Virus record (IMG/VR): IMGVR_UViG_3300028887_000001
Coordinates: 28,088-92,087 of that record
Length of the DNA: 64,000 bases
Source: a virus
Taxonomy: Duplodnaviria; Heunggongvirae; Uroviricota; Caudoviricetes
Reading direction: 5' to 3' (one strand)
This document shows positions 1 to 10,195 of the stretch, piece by piece. The translations under genes and the position numbers were made by a program. Position 1 is the stretch's first letter. The number at the start of each line of letters is the position of its first letter. Under the pieces are notes generated by a model. It was not told the origin of the DNA. It saw only the letters and a list, made by a program, of their open reading frames with translations, and did no database searches.

Positions 1-54
1 ATAATTAACATTTCCACAATGTGGACAAACACATTTTACTTTCATAAATTTAAT

Positions 55-306
55 TTAATCTTTAACTTCTTTTATTTTCTCGAATGCTGACTTAATGAAA
101 TCTTCTCTTATCTCATCAAACCAAGCCTCTTCTCCATCATCATCTTCATCTGTAATGTCATACAGCCAGTAGATGTCTTCAACATGACGTTCGACAATGC
201 TCTTGACAAGCTCATAAAGAGCATCTGCAATGTTCACTTGGTTAAGCCTGTCATTAAGATATTTCTTTGCGTCTTCACAGGTTATTTTTCTTTTCTTTTT
301 TTCCAT
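55..306 (-). CDS. hypothetical protein
   Basis: ORF co-oriented with neighbours, acidic phage-like composition. Confidence 0.7.
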   Translation of the reverse strand: MEKKKRKITCEDAKKYLNDRLNQVNIADALYELVKSIVERHVEDIYWLYDITDEDDDGEEAWFDEIREDFIKSAFEKIKEVKD

Positions 307-415
307 TGTATTCTAAAATTAAATTATTTCTCACATATACACACGCGCACATACCTCATGGGTACTTTTTAAAGTATTTCTGGTGTTATAACTCCTTGAA
401 GAACCTGTTTATTTG

Positions 416-649
416 TTACCAACAGATTGCTTCTTCCACGAATTTGACGAACTTGTCCATGTCAAAGTCCTCATCTTCCATGTCTGGCAGCGAACCCCTA
501 AAACTTGAAATCTGTCGGTTTGTTTCGCAATCCCAGATGTCCACTTCTGGGTGACTATCGTAATCGTCAACCACCCAAGTTTCGTCGAGTTCAACTTCCT
601 GTCCGTTACTTAACTCAATTACAATTGCTTTATTCGTTTCGTTTTTCAT
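416..649 (-). CDS. small acidic hypothetical protein
   Basis: ATG ORF in minus-strand cassette. Confidence 0.75.
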   Translation of the reverse strand: MKNETNKAIVIELSNGQEVELDETWVVDDYDSHPEVDIWDCETNRQISSFRGSLPDMEDEDFDMDKFVKFVEEAICW

Positions 650-662
650 TGTTATATAGTTT

Positions 663-1028
663 TTAATTTACATAATCCCCACAAGGAGTGTCCATAGTTA
701 TCTCTGAGAAGCCAAGATGATATTCTGGTGGGTTTCCACCGAAATAATTGTTAATTGTGTCAACCATTTCTTCCTCTGTCATGTCTGTGATATACTGCTT
801 GTATTCACTATACTGCTCGTTCACATAGTCCTCATTCTCTTTCAAGTTCTTAATGAACTCTGCCAGAGGAACAATAAACCAACATGGCTCTAACAACTCC
901 CAGAAATCATCGCTATCGTTGCGATAGATGTAACCGAGAATGTGTATCTGCTTTTCACCATTCCCATCAAGTTCAATAGAGTAGAAATCAAACTCTTCTG
1001 GCTTTGTAACTTTCTTAAATTTTTCCAT
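663..1028 (-). CDS. hypothetical protein
   Basis: start moved to ATG (MEKFKK) just downstream of a sigma-A-like promoter. Confidence 0.75.
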   Translation of the reverse strand: MEKFKKVTKPEEFDFYSIELDGNGEKQIHILGYIYRNDSDDFWELLEPCWFIVPLAEFIKNLKENEDYVNEQYSEYKQYITDMTEEEMVDTINNYFGGNPPEYHLGFSEITMDTPCGDYVN

Positions 1029-1036
1029 AATCTTAA

Positions 1037-1100
1037 TGTTTTTAGTTGTTTGATGGCGCAAAGTTACGAAAAAAAAGTGGAACTACCAAACGAATTCCAC
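1037..1100 (-). promoter_or_regulatory. Bacteroidota-type sigma-A early promoter
   Basis: minus strand reads TGTTAA...TTTGGTAG...TAACTTTGCG. Confidence 0.7.
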
Positions 1101-1121
1101 TTTTTAACATAATTTTAACAT

Positions 1122-1850
1122 TTAGATATGAAAATCTATGTTATAAACTTCACTATTTTCTGGCAAGCCCTTAACAAGTTCGAGGAACTTCTTGTCCCAC
1201 TCATCATCTGGAATTTCGTTGGAACCCATTTCTCCTTTCTCGTACCAAGTCCCATCGATAACAACGCAGAATGGTGTGTTTGTCTTTTCCCAATCGACTT
1301 CTTCGAGTAAAGCATTGTCAACACTATCTCCGTCTAATGTCTTGATTAAGCCACTCCAACGACCATGTTCATCGTACCAATCCCACTTTGAATTTGGGTT
1401 GTAAGTCGAGTATTCTTCCCACTTTCCGTTTTCTGGGTTGATACGCCACTTACCTCTGTTCCATTCATCACCCTTTTCTTCGTACTCCTTTTCAAAGTTT
1501 TCAAAGAGTTCTGGGTATTCAATCAAGAAACACCTAACAAAGTATTCCTTGTCTTGATTAGCCATGCAACGAATATACTGATACCTATTAACCCAATCGT
1601 TCTGCTTATAGAATGGTAGTATCTTTCCTCTCCTATACAGGCGACGATAGATTCTATACTCGAACTTCTCATCGACAATGTCCTCGTTTGAATGTCTCAA
1701 AAAGAAACACTTGTCATAGTTGCTTACTTCTCCGCGAGAGTACTCTGGAACTTCCAAATCCTCATCATACTCTTCAAGAGCCTCTTCCAATGGCTCAAAA
1801 TGATTCTTGATATACTCTGGTGTTAAAATCACCAATCCTGCAAAGTGCAT
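1122..1850 (-). CDS. phage hypothetical protein (YNPNSKWDWY motif)
   Basis: start at MHFAGLV; motif recalled from conserved phage unknowns. Confidence 0.75.
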   Translation of the reverse strand: MHFAGLVILTPEYIKNHFEPLEEALEEYDEDLEVPEYSRGEVSNYDKCFFLRHSNEDIVDEKFEYRIYRRLYRRGKILPFYKQNDWVNRYQYIRCMANQDKEYFVRCFLIEYPELFENFEKEYEEKGDEWNRGKWRINPENGKWEEYSTYNPNSKWDWYDEHGRWSGLIKTLDGDSVDNALLEEVDWEKTNTPFCVVIDGTWYEKGEMGSNEIPDDEWDKKFLELVKGLPENSEVYNIDFHI

Positions 1851-1851
1851 A

Positions 1852-2259
1852 TTAAATCCTCCCTTTAATTGTGTTTTTAAGTTTGTGGTTTTCAGTTTGA
1901 GCCAGAACATCGGCAATGAAATCAAGTTTAAGGTCGAATACCATGCTCTTATAAACCCACTTGAAATCACTAATCTTGTTGGCAATGCTTCTCATAATAG
2001 CACCCTCTGCAACACCTACGGGTGTCATTTCTGTTTCGCCACCCCAACCATCGTTGAAGCAGTTGCACAATGGCTTTCCATTGCAGCAGAGAATACCTAC
2101 ATAAGGAAGACTATCATCATGCCCCTCTTGTGGGCGATAATCCCTCATGGTGAACTTGTTCTTACCAACCTCAATGACCTCACACCCTGCCTCTGGGCAG
2201 TCGTTCAAATCAATAGGTTTCTTCTTGTCAAATTTTAATACCTTAATCTTTGTTGCCAT
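1852..2259 (-). CDS. hypothetical protein (NDGWGG motif)
   Basis: ORF directly behind promoter. Confidence 0.75.
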   Translation of the reverse strand: MATKIKVLKFDKKKPIDLNDCPEAGCEVIEVGKNKFTMRDYRPQEGHDDSLPYVGILCCNGKPLCNCFNDGWGGETEMTPVGVAEGAIMRSIANKISDFKWVYKSMVFDLKLDFIADVLAQTENHKLKNTIKGRI

Positions 2260-2304
2260 AAATCTAATTTTTAATTGTTAATACTATTTGTTATTGAAAT
2301 GTTC

Positions 2305-2366
2305 TGCAAAGTTATAACAATTTTTTGTAATTTCCAAATTTTAGTTCATTTTTTAACATTTTTTAA
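2305..2366 (-). promoter_or_regulatory. sigma-A early promoter
   Basis: minus strand: AAATGTTAA..TTTGGAAATT-N-ATTGTTATAACTTTGCA. Confidence 0.8.
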
Positions 2367-2417
2367 GAAATATATAATTTCGGCAACAAACTTAATTCAT
2401 TGCCGAAATTATATTGA

Positions 2418-2906
2418 TTACAACTCTTTCAGTTTGCCAATGGTATCTGGCTTATCGCCATCACCACACTTCACCTTGCCATAGTACCACTCACCATTGT
2501 CAAAGACATAGGCGTATTCAGTCCAGCCCGCAACAACGCCAGGCTTCTTCATCTGGGTGGGCTTGATGTATTCCCAATCCTCGTTATTCCGATTGGCGTA
2601 ATGCCTGACGCCCTCATAATCGACAGATGAACACCAACCACCTGCAATCAGGTTCAGAGCTTTCTCATAAGTGTTGAATTTGTCTTTGAGGACTTTTCCA
2701 ACACCCTCTGGGTAGCCATTCCAATGGCAATAGATGCCAACGTATTCGTTCTCCAGAGTTACAGGCTGTGAGAACTCTCTCTTTTTCTTCTCACCATAGA
2801 CAGACCAATCCAATCTCTTTAGAGGCAATTTCCTTGCGTTGAACTTCACAACTCTACCAATGTCTTCTTTCTTGACCTTGATAATGATATTACTTCTTGT
2901 TCCCAT
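2418..2906 (-). CDS. phage hypothetical protein (MGTRS..IYCHWxGYP family)
   Basis: recognisable conserved motif, function unknown. Confidence 0.8.
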   Translation of the reverse strand: MGTRSNIIIKVKKEDIGRVVKFNARKLPLKRLDWSVYGEKKKREFSQPVTLENEYVGIYCHWNGYPEGVGKVLKDKFNTYEKALNLIAGGWCSSVDYEGVRHYANRNNEDWEYIKPTQMKKPGVVAGWTEYAYVFDNGEWYYGKVKCGDGDKPDTIGKLKEL

Positions 2907-2910
2907 AGTT

Positions 2911-3468
2911 TTAGTATTTTGTTATTGTTTCACAATCTTGTTTGTCAAGCCAATTCTTATCAACCACATAAGCAGCAGAACCGAACATTTCCAATCCCTC
3001 AATGTCATTGATAAGATAAGCATTCTCATAGAAGCCATCAAGCTCCATCAGGTCTTGGCTGTCAGGCCAGAGAACAACCTCATAACCTACAAGGTCTTCA
3101 TCGCGATAGCCACCATCCCACATTTCCAGATTGGTAGTTTCCAAATCTTCTTCTTCTGGCTCTTTATCTTCCTCATCTGGAAACTCGATTTCCCTTTCCA
3201 CAACTTCGCAACGCTCCCAACTATCAGCAGCATAACGCTCGACATCAAACCAGCCACAATAACACCCTACACGTTTTTCAATCTCACAATAATCGTTTGT
3301 GTCAAGCTCATTTTCGCTATTGTTTGGCGTTATGTTAAAGATTGCTTGGTTGTAGCACTCTCTCATGTCTTCCATAGCAGCTTTCTCTGTTGCGTGTGCA
3401 TTAGAGTCACAATCAATTTGACCATGATGGTTGTAACACCAATTAACAATATAAATCTTTCTTTTCAT
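2911..3468 (-). CDS. acidic hypothetical protein
   Basis: tightly packed ORF. Confidence 0.75.
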   Translation of the reverse strand: MKRKIYIVNWCYNHHGQIDCDSNAHATEKAAMEDMRECYNQAIFNITPNNSENELDTNDYCEIEKRVGCYCGWFDVERYAADSWERCEVVEREIEFPDEEDKEPEEEDLETTNLEMWDGGYRDEDLVGYEVVLWPDSQDLMELDGFYENAYLINDIEGLEMFGSAAYVVDKNWLDKQDCETITKY

Positions 3469-3472
3469 AATC

Positions 3473-3919
3473 TTAAAATGCTAAATAGTCAGTAAATTCA
3501 GTTCCCTCTAACTCGTCAGTAACATACTCTTCATAGAGTTTTGTGTATTCACTATCATGCCCACTTCTGGGTGCATAAAGAAGCATACACTTGACAATAT
3601 TATCGATTGAACCAAAGAATATGTTATTGATTTCTTTCTTGTCAATGAGGACAATCCCCTCTTCCTCATCAGTCATAAAGAGGCTTGTCTTGCTACCCTT
3701 GATGTAAAGCAAATCATCAGCGGTAATGCAGTCGTTAGCGAATAACCACTTAACGTGTTCCCTGTTGTCAATGTCGAAGATGTAACCACGACCATCACGC
3801 TCGTCTTCACAATAGCGGTTGTAAGCCTCAAAGACCAAATCGACATTGTGGTTTGTTCTCAAATCAAGAATAATGCGGTTTGCAATGTTCTCAACAATTG
3901 TCATAAATAACTTTACCAT
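3473..3919 (-). CDS. hypothetical protein
   Basis: ORF behind promoter. Confidence 0.75.
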   Translation of the reverse strand: MVKLFMTIVENIANRIILDLRTNHNVDLVFEAYNRYCEDERDGRGYIFDIDNREHVKWLFANDCITADDLLYIKGSKTSLFMTDEEEGIVLIDKKEINNIFFGSIDNIVKCMLLYAPRSGHDSEYTKLYEEYVTDELEGTEFTDYLAF

Positions 3920-3963
3920 AATCTTTTTTCTATTTGTTAATAATGTTTGTTATTGAAATCTGC

Positions 3964-4025
3964 TGCAAAGGTATAACAATTATTTTTAATTTCCAAATTT
4001 TGAGCAATTATTTAACATTTTTTAA
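3964..4025 (-). promoter_or_regulatory. sigma-A early promoter
   Basis: minus strand TTTGGAAATT...ATTGTTATACCTTTGCA with upstream AAATGTTAA. Confidence 0.8.
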
Positions 4026-4028
4026 GAA

Positions 4029-4898
4029 TTAACCCCAACAACAATTGGGGTTATTCTCCGTCACAATGAAATCACTCTTTGGCATGATAAACTTGCCATT
4101 CTTGAAATTGTTTGCTGTTTTCTTGAACTTTAGCATACAAACTGGCTCAATGTCTCCAGGTCGGTAATCGGTTCTATCTCCGTCTTCCGTTTTATAACCA
4201 TACCAAGATGTGGGCATGATGTCGCTGCCATAAACCACAGCTACATGACCACCATTCTTTAGGTAGTCCAGACCTACATTCAGGTTCTCCTGACTTCCGT
4301 CAATGCTCCAAGTTAGATGATAATTCTTATATTTCTTGGCAATCTTAATACGATTAGGCACCTTGCTATAGTCATAGAAAACCACATCAGGGAATATCTC
4401 CAGAATGTTCTTTCCGTTCAGGACAAAGCTTTCAGGGTTAATATCAGATGTGCAATTCAGACGAATGCTAAAGAACATTCCATTCTTCTCTGCCTTTGCT
4501 CTCTCACGAACAATCTCGTGTACCAGAAGCTTCATAAAGACTTCACGATTTGCAAAGAACAATCTGGTCTTCTTTATTCTGGCAGCAATAACATTTTTCT
4601 TTCCAGCCAGTGCGCTAATCATAGCCCTACCAGAGCCAACCAGACAATTCTCTCTGCACATTTCAGCTTTCGGGCATACATTGTAACCAGAAAGGTCACT
4701 GGAAGCCAAATAAATGCCCAATGTGGCGACCTTGTTGATATAAGAGTGATGTAGCTTCGCGCTATGACCTACGTTGGAAATGTAACTGATTCCGATATTC
4801 TTCAAGGTGTCTTGATAACCAGAATAACGAACTGCTTTCAGTTTTGCCATTTCATCCTGCAATGCTTTGTACTCTCTCTTTGAAAGATTCTTAACCAT
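4029..4898 (-). CDS. GP88-family phage protein (Cys cluster, radical-SAM-like)
   Basis: CPxAxxCxxxCL, RLNxTSD, FYDYSK and DGDxxDxR motifs typical of the gp88 family. Confidence 0.7.
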   Translation of the reverse strand: MVKNLSKREYKALQDEMAKLKAVRYSGYQDTLKNIGISYISNVGHSAKLHHSYINKVATLGIYLASSDLSGYNVCPKAEMCRENCLVGSGRAMISALAGKKNVIAARIKKTRLFFANREVFMKLLVHEIVRERAKAEKNGMFFSIRLNCTSDINPESFVLNGKNILEIFPDVVFYDYSKVPNRIKIAKKYKNYHLTWSIDGSQENLNVGLDYLKNGGHVAVVYGSDIMPTSWYGYKTEDGDRTDYRPGDIEPVCMLKFKKTANNFKNGKFIMPKSDFIVTENNPNCCWG

Positions 4899-4938
4899 AA
4901 TCGAAAAATTGTGTTAAACTTGTTGTTTTGTTTCTGGG

Positions 4939-5000
4939 TGCAAAATTACAACAATTATTTCAATTCTCCAAATTTTTGTTCAATTTTTAACATATTTTAA
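4939..5000 (-). promoter_or_regulatory. sigma-A early promoter
   Basis: minus strand TTTGGAGAATT...ATTGTTGTAATTTTGCA. Confidence 0.75.
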
Positions 5001-5112
5001 GAATTACTATAATAATAAAAAGAGAGGGCAACCCGGATGTGGTATCGTCCTCTCTCCAATTAAAATTAAGATTATGGTTTATTCTTCAATGTGTTTATTC
5101 TTTTTCATAGTC

Positions 5113-5439
5113 TTACCACTCTATTGCTTCGTAAACATAATCGGCATCATCACCAAGCCACGCAATGTGTGTCCAATCATCAGCGTCTTCGTAGTTCCAC
5201 TCGGAAGTGTGATATTCAACATACCCCTTTTCCTCATTCCAACGAACCTTATCAACGAGGGCGGTATCAACACTATCATCATCACGGAGTTTGAGGTACA
5301 AACCCTCGTCCTCATCAAAACCAATGACATTATGTTCCTTGCCACTTTCCTTTAAGTTTACGGCAATCGCATTATGATAGGCAAATGTCGCACGAGCAAT
5401 TTCTTGGCTCAATTTGTTTAATTCTTCTTTTGTCTTCAT
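5113..5439 (-). CDS. hypothetical protein
   Basis: start at MKTKEE. Confidence 0.7.
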   Translation of the reverse strand: MKTKEELNKLSQEIARATFAYHNAIAVNLKESGKEHNVIGFDEDEGLYLKLRDDDSVDTALVDKVRWNEEKGYVEYHTSEWNYEDADDWTHIAWLGDDADYVYEAIEW

Positions 5440-5452
5440 TGTTGTTTTGTTA

Positions 5453-5677
5453 TTAAAATCCGAAACTAAAAATGTAATAGTCTTCTGGGAATAAAAGTCC
5501 CTCATTTTCCAATGCTTCCTCTACTGAATTGTAGCCATTCGCATCAATCTTGATAATAGCACTATCGTTCTCGTAGTCGTTTTCTGCCACCCATTCTTCC
5601 AAGTCTTTCTCGGTTAGGTTTTCAACCACCTCTGGGCGATAGTGTTGCCTGTCAAGCAAAAATATCTTCTTGTCCAT
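5453..5677 (-). CDS. small acidic hypothetical protein
   Basis: ATG ORF. Confidence 0.7.
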   Translation of the reverse strand: MDKKIFLLDRQHYRPEVVENLTEKDLEEWVAENDYENDSAIIKIDANGYNSVEEALENEGLLFPEDYYIFSFGF

Positions 5678-5835
5678 TACGCATCAAATTTGTAAAAGTT
5701 CTCTACTTGGCTACTTGTGACTTCAACCACATCATCACCCTCGATGTTGATTTCAAGGTTATCAACGATGTCATTCACATTTTCGAGGTCAGTATCAACT
5801 TGAACTGCAACCTCTAACATAATAAACTTTTTCAT
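5677..5835 (-). CDS. 52-aa hypothetical protein (below ORF-track cutoff)
   Basis: MKKFIMLEVAVQVD...YKFDA*, stop overlaps next start. Confidence 0.6.
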   Translation of the reverse strand: MKKFIMLEVAVQVDTDLENVNDIVDNLEINIEGDDVVEVTSSQVENFYKFDA

Positions 5836-5854
5836 AATCTGGATTGTTTTTAAG

Positions 5855-6073
5855 TTACTTTACGATTGATTGAACTTGATAGCCATAACACCAATGACCA
5901 TTGTCAAGAGTTATGTTAAATGTTCTGTCTTCTTGTCCTAATGGCATACTGCTAACCTTTCTGCCGTACTTACTGCCGTTCTCACATAATTCAATGCAAG
6001 TAACAACACCCTCATAAGAAGCACCACTAAAAGATGTGTGCCTTACCTTTGTTCCAACTTTGATAAACTCCAT
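5855..6073 (-). CDS. small SH3/KOW-like hypothetical protein
   Basis: IKVGTKV...G.V pattern. Confidence 0.65.
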   Translation of the reverse strand: MEFIKVGTKVRHTSFSGASYEGVVTCIELCENGSKYGRKVSSMPLGQEDRTFNITLDNGHWCYGYQVQSIVK

Positions 6074-6109
6074 AATCTTTAATTTTATTGGTTAAACTTG
6101 TTTTGCGAG

Positions 6110-6186
6110 GACAAAGTTATAACAATTTATTGGATTTTCCAAATTTTGAATAAATAAAATGACTTTTTTTAACAAAGTTTTAACAT
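6110..6186 (-). promoter_or_regulatory. sigma-A early promoter
   Basis: minus strand TTTGGAAAAT...ATTGTTATAACTTTG. Confidence 0.75.
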
Positions 6187-6187
6187 T

Positions 6188-6454
6188 TCAAGCAAGCCAC
6201 CTCTTAATTTCAGCCACTACTTCTTCATAAGTTGGATTGTTGCCCAGAAAATCATCAGGGAGATAAAAAGCAATCGAATTGTCAATCTCTGTGGCTTCTT
6301 CTTCGCCATCATCTACCCTGTCTTCAAGTTCTCTCCAAAGACTTTCTACGGAAACAAGTGTTTTAAGACCAGTTCCGTCATTGTAAACGTCTTCAAAATC
6401 AACCTCTACACATGGGTAGCTTTTTCCGTTGTATTCTATGTTAATCTTTTCCAT
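6188..6454 (-). CDS. acidic hypothetical protein
   Basis: ATG ORF. Confidence 0.7.
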   Translation of the reverse strand: MEKINIEYNGKSYPCVEVDFEDVYNDGTGLKTLVSVESLWRELEDRVDDGEEEATEIDNSIAFYLPDDFLGNNPTYEEVVAEIKRWLA

Positions 6455-6483
6455 ATCTATGATATATTATAAATTTATAAAAA

Positions 6484-6530
6484 CCCCAGACCGAAGCCAA
6501 ACATCCTCAAAAAAACAAATCGGTCTGGGG
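6484..6530 (-). terminator. hairpin / intrinsic terminator
   Basis: CCCCAGACCGA...TCGGTCTGGGG inverted repeat followed by T-run on minus strand. Confidence 0.6.
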
Positions 6531-6547
6531 CAACAAAACAACAATTA

Positions 6548-7135
6548 TCAATCTTCTTTGAATACTGGTCTAATCAGTTTGCAACCATGTATATCTTTCT
6601 GGTCGTTTGAAACTTCGATTACATCGTAAGCCCACCTACCTACTGACTTTGACTTGCCCCAGTAATCACCACCACCACGACCATTTCCGTCTGCGCAAAG
6701 CAAGGGCAGGGGATGAACTTGCCAAACTTCACTATCGAACTCTGGAACTCGCACATACTCTTTCTTTGTACGATTGATGATGTAACGATAGTTTGGCAAC
6801 TTCTTGTACTCTGGTATGGACTTCTTCAACTCTTCGTATAATTTGTGCCCCTCACCTTTCTCTGTGAGTTCATTAGCCTTGTCATAAAGACTTACGCCAT
6901 TTGGATATGCGCGTGTAACCTTATCGTCTGCATAGTCGCCAACCCAAGCCAGACGCAAACCCTTAAACTTGTTAAGAATATACATCATAGACATGACGAA
7001 ACTATTACCAACCCAAGAGTGTTCCATGAGTTTAAGTCCGTTGTCGAAATCCCAAGAATAGAGTGTCATTAAAACTGGCTGCTTTGCAGTTTTCCAATTC
7101 TTTTTAAGAATAACTGGATTGTAGTATTGTCCCAT
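6548..7135 (-). CDS. phage hypothetical protein (MGQYY..GxWA family)
   Basis: MGQYY, KLMEH, GNGRGGGD and GRWA motifs. Confidence 0.8.
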   Translation of the reverse strand: MGQYYNPVILKKNWKTAKQPVLMTLYSWDFDNGLKLMEHSWVGNSFVMSMMYILNKFKGLRLAWVGDYADDKVTRAYPNGVSLYDKANELTEKGEGHKLYEELKKSIPEYKKLPNYRYIINRTKKEYVRVPEFDSEVWQVHPLPLLCADGNGRGGGDYWGKSKSVGRWAYDVIEVSNDQKDIHGCKLIRPVFKED

Positions 7136-7180
7136 AATCTTTTAATTTAATAGTTAATGATGTTTTGTTTCTAAATCTGC

Positions 7181-7252
7181 TGCAAATTTACAACAATTTT
7201 TTGAGATAACCAAATGTTTTGGCAAAAAACTTCACCAAATTAACATTTTTTA
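7181..7252 (-). promoter_or_regulatory. sigma-A early promoter
   Basis: minus strand TTTGGTTATC...ATTGTTGTAAATTTGCA, upstream AAATGTTAA. Confidence 0.75.
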
Positions 7253-7330
7253 ATAATTGAACATAAAAAGAGCAACCAATTTATTAGATTGATTGCCCTT
7301 TCGCAAGAGTTTATGAAAAAAGAACTTTAA

Positions 7331-7990
7331 TTACCAAGACATAACCACATATACAAGCTCGTCATCTTTCAAACCTTTCAAGAGCTTGGACATTTGCTTC
7401 TTGCAATCCCTAACATCTTGGAAGTACCACTTTCCGTACTCTGTCGAGCCAAAGAAGAAACCATCTTGTGTTGGTAACAATGTTTCGGCAAGGTCATTGT
7501 CTTTCAAGACCTTTTCACACCTGTCAATGAGGTCAATCAAATCTTCACGCTCAACCCAAGCAACCTCGTCAATGAGCTTATTAGAGAAGTAAGCGTACAC
7601 AAAGTTCACTTTTCTAAAATAAGCAATGTCTGGTGCGTAATGTTCTTTAATAATGTTATCACGCACTTCCAAAAACTTTGTTACAGGAACGGACGTATAA
7701 GTGTACTTGCCAGACTGATAGTCATAATCCACACCAAGCTCCTTGTAATGGAATTCTGGATACGTTGAGAACTTGCAAATCCTCTTAATGACACGATTGT
7801 AAACCTTGTCATAATTTTCTTTGCTTGCTGCCCTTAATTCCTTGACAGACTTGTCATAGGCTTTCTTCAACGCCTTACGAGACTGATTGTCGCACTCTTC
7901 GTAAACGACTTGCCAATCATCACGAGAGTTAATCTCACGAGGAACGTTATCGTTACTCTTAAATTTGTGAAAATAAATGTCTAATCCCAT
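7331..7990 (-). CDS. phage hypothetical protein (MGLD..YxRK..GFFFG family)
   Basis: conserved motif pattern of unknown function. Confidence 0.8.
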   Translation of the reverse strand: MGLDIYFHKFKSNDNVPREINSRDDWQVVYEECDNQSRKALKKAYDKSVKELRAASKENYDKVYNRVIKRICKFSTYPEFHYKELGVDYDYQSGKYTYTSVPVTKFLEVRDNIIKEHYAPDIAYFRKVNFVYAYFSNKLIDEVAWVEREDLIDLIDRCEKVLKDNDLAETLLPTQDGFFFGSTEYGKWYFQDVRDCKKQMSKLLKGLKDDELVYVVMSW

Positions 7991-8181
7991 AATAATTAAA
8001 TTTAATTGTTAATGAATATCTGTTAATTCTATGTCCTTAATCTCTGCTACCTCATCAAGAATATCAAAGCTCTCATAAAGACTGCTATAATCAAAGATGG
8101 CAAGTCGGTCAATCACTTGTTCTTTTGTAAGGTCGCTATCTATGTCAAATGCCAGAGTTATTGCTACTTTCATATTGATTA

Positions 8182-8508
8182 TTATTTAATGATTTCTATT
8201 CCCTCTTCTTTGAGGTCTTCTATCGCATCGTAAACCTCTTGTGAGGCTTCCAGAGTGAAAACCATGTTGTCATAGTAACTCGGAACTTGGTCTATTACAT
8301 AGTCTTCAAAATTGCAGAAGAATGTGGCAGCATTGCAACCGATAACACTCACTTGAAATCTCTTCTTTCCAGAATTGTCGTTGCCATCACTAAACCACCT
8401 GTCACATTCATGACAATGGTATGGGGTTTCATCACCAAAGGCGTCACCCATCCATTCAATATTCTCTGAGCCACAAAAAGGGCAAACATCTACATATTCC
8501 TTTTTCAT
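8182..8508 (-). CDS. zinc-ribbon protein
   Basis: CPFC...CHEC; start at MKKEY. Confidence 0.7.
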   Translation of the reverse strand: MKKEYVDVCPFCGSENIEWMGDAFGDETPYHCHECDRWFSDGNDNSGKKRFQVSVIGCNAATFFCNFEDYVIDQVPSYYDNMVFTLEASQEVYDAIEDLKEEGIEIIK

Positions 8509-8536
8509 AATTGCGTTTTGTTTTGTTGTTTCTGGA

Positions 8537-8571
8537 TGCAAAATTATAACAATTATTTCTAATTTCCAAAT
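8537..8571 (-). promoter_or_regulatory. sigma-A early promoter
   Basis: minus strand TTTGGAAATT...ATTGTTATAATTTTGCA. Confidence 0.75.
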
Positions 8572-8789
8572 CTCACACCCAGAATTTGCATTATTTTAAG
8601 AAATTTTAACCTTTGGACATGATTACATGGACATTTCCCATATCATCTATGCCATACAGGGTTTTCGGGGCTTCCTGTCGCTGATACTTGGAAAAGATTT
8701 CCCTGTAATTCTCGCTCTCTTCGTTGACTTCGCCACAATCGGCTACCAACTGATACAAATTATACTTCTTCATAATGATTTTATTTTAA

Positions 8790-9176
8790 TCATTCCAAAT
8801 CTTCTTCGAGGAACTGGAACATTGACTTAAACTTGTCACCTTTCCGATAGCACACATACACACTTGGGTTGTGTTCCAATTGTGATTTGATAAAGTCAAC
8901 CACCCAAACACAATCATTCCCGAACAGCTTTACGAACTCTGGTATCTTCACCCTAACTTCGTCACCAACCTTATACTTCATGTGCTTTGGCTGGTAAGGA
9001 CACTCGGTATCTTCTTTCATGTCTGTGATGTTTTCCAGAATTTCATCATTCTCTATTTTGTGAATGAGATTTTGCTTAATCATCTGTTCCAGAACATCAT
9101 CGTTACCAACTTCACTCTCGTCTAATATAACTCGTGTAATAAACTCACAAGTTACCAAATAAGCTTTCTTTTCCAT
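8790..9176 (-). CDS. hypothetical protein with C-terminal KYKVGD module
   Basis: start at MEKKAY. Confidence 0.7.
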   Translation of the reverse strand: MEKKAYLVTCEFITRVILDESEVGNDDVLEQMIKQNLIHKIENDEILENITDMKEDTECPYQPKHMKYKVGDEVRVKIPEFVKLFGNDCVWVVDFIKSQLEHNPSVYVCYRKGDKFKSMFQFLEEDLE

Positions 9177-9180
9177 AGTT

Positions 9181-9579
9181 TTAATCTGTTGTGTTAAAGT
9201 AATAATCACAAGCCTCTTCGTTTCCACTATAAATGTCATAGAAACTATCTCTGGCTTCATAGTAAAGATTGGAATAGTATTCGAGATATTCTTCTCTTCC
9301 CTCAAAACCTTGACGCATAAGAGTGTCGTTTGCCCATGAGAGCATATTGACCTGCATCACCAAATCGGTGAGTTTCTTGTAATCATCAGCATACCTTTTG
9401 AAAAGGTTGTTATACACTTTCTTCACATCTTCCAGACCACCAATCCATTCAGCCAGAGCAAGCTCATAAGCAGCAGGGGTGAGAAGATTGTAGCTATTAC
9501 CTTGAAAATAGGTACGAACATAATTCGCAATTAAACTTGCATAATCTTCCGAACTCAAAAAAACTTCTTTTACTTTCAT
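9181..9579 (-). CDS. hypothetical protein
   Basis: ATG ORF. Confidence 0.75.
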   Translation of the reverse strand: MKVKEVFLSSEDYASLIANYVRTYFQGNSYNLLTPAAYELALAEWIGGLEDVKKVYNNLFKRYADDYKKLTDLVMQVNMLSWANDTLMRQGFEGREEYLEYYSNLYYEARDSFYDIYSGNEEACDYYFNTTD

Positions 9580-9591
9580 GATTGTTTTTAT

Positions 9592-9879
9592 TTATTTGTT
9601 AATAATTGATAATGTGTATTCCAGAGCAAACTTCGCTGACTTTTGAATGTCTTGGCTCAAATCACCCAGATTGGTCTTGAACATAGCATCAACAATACCA
9701 TTCTCATCTTCGTGACACTCATCGTAAATGAAAACATCGCCATCAATGATTTCCATCACATCAGCAACTATTGGGTAAGTTTCCAAATCGTAATCAAGCC
9801 CATCACCCAAATCTATCAACACAAGTAGCTTAACCTTATTGCTACCAGACTTCCTAATTAACTTCTTAATCTCATCCAT
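9592..9879 (-). CDS. hypothetical protein
   Basis: first gene after promoter at ~9915. Confidence 0.7.
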   Translation of the reverse strand: MDEIKKLIRKSGSNKVKLLVLIDLGDGLDYDLETYPIVADVMEIIDGDVFIYDECHEDENGIVDAMFKTNLGDLSQDIQKSAKFALEYTLSIINK

Positions 9880-9914
9880 AATGATTTAATTTTGTTGTCT
9901 TGTTTCAAATCTGG

Positions 9915-9976
9915 CGCAAAGTTATAACAATTATTTCAATTATCAAAATATTTCACGATTATTTAACATAATTTAA
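9915..9976 (-). promoter_or_regulatory. sigma-A early promoter
   Basis: minus strand TTTGATAATT...ATTGTTATAACTTTGCG. Confidence 0.75.
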
Positions 9977-10195
9977 GATTTAATCATTAAACCCAAATCT
10001 ATTAAAAATAAAATTATATTATATATTATATCAAAGATACAATATACAATATAAACCCCATATTTCCTATCATAAATCGATTGTAAGAGCTTTTAATGCA
10101 TCCAGAGACATAATATATCATAGAAATAAAAATAAAGCCATATTGAGCATTTTGAAATTAACTTGATAATTATATTAAAATTATTATATATTAAA

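Noticed and set aside
2839-4754. Long plus-strand ORFs antisense to real genes (e.g. 2839-3495, 4317-4754)
   Set aside because: Shadow ORFs with atypical composition opposite well-formed minus-strand genes
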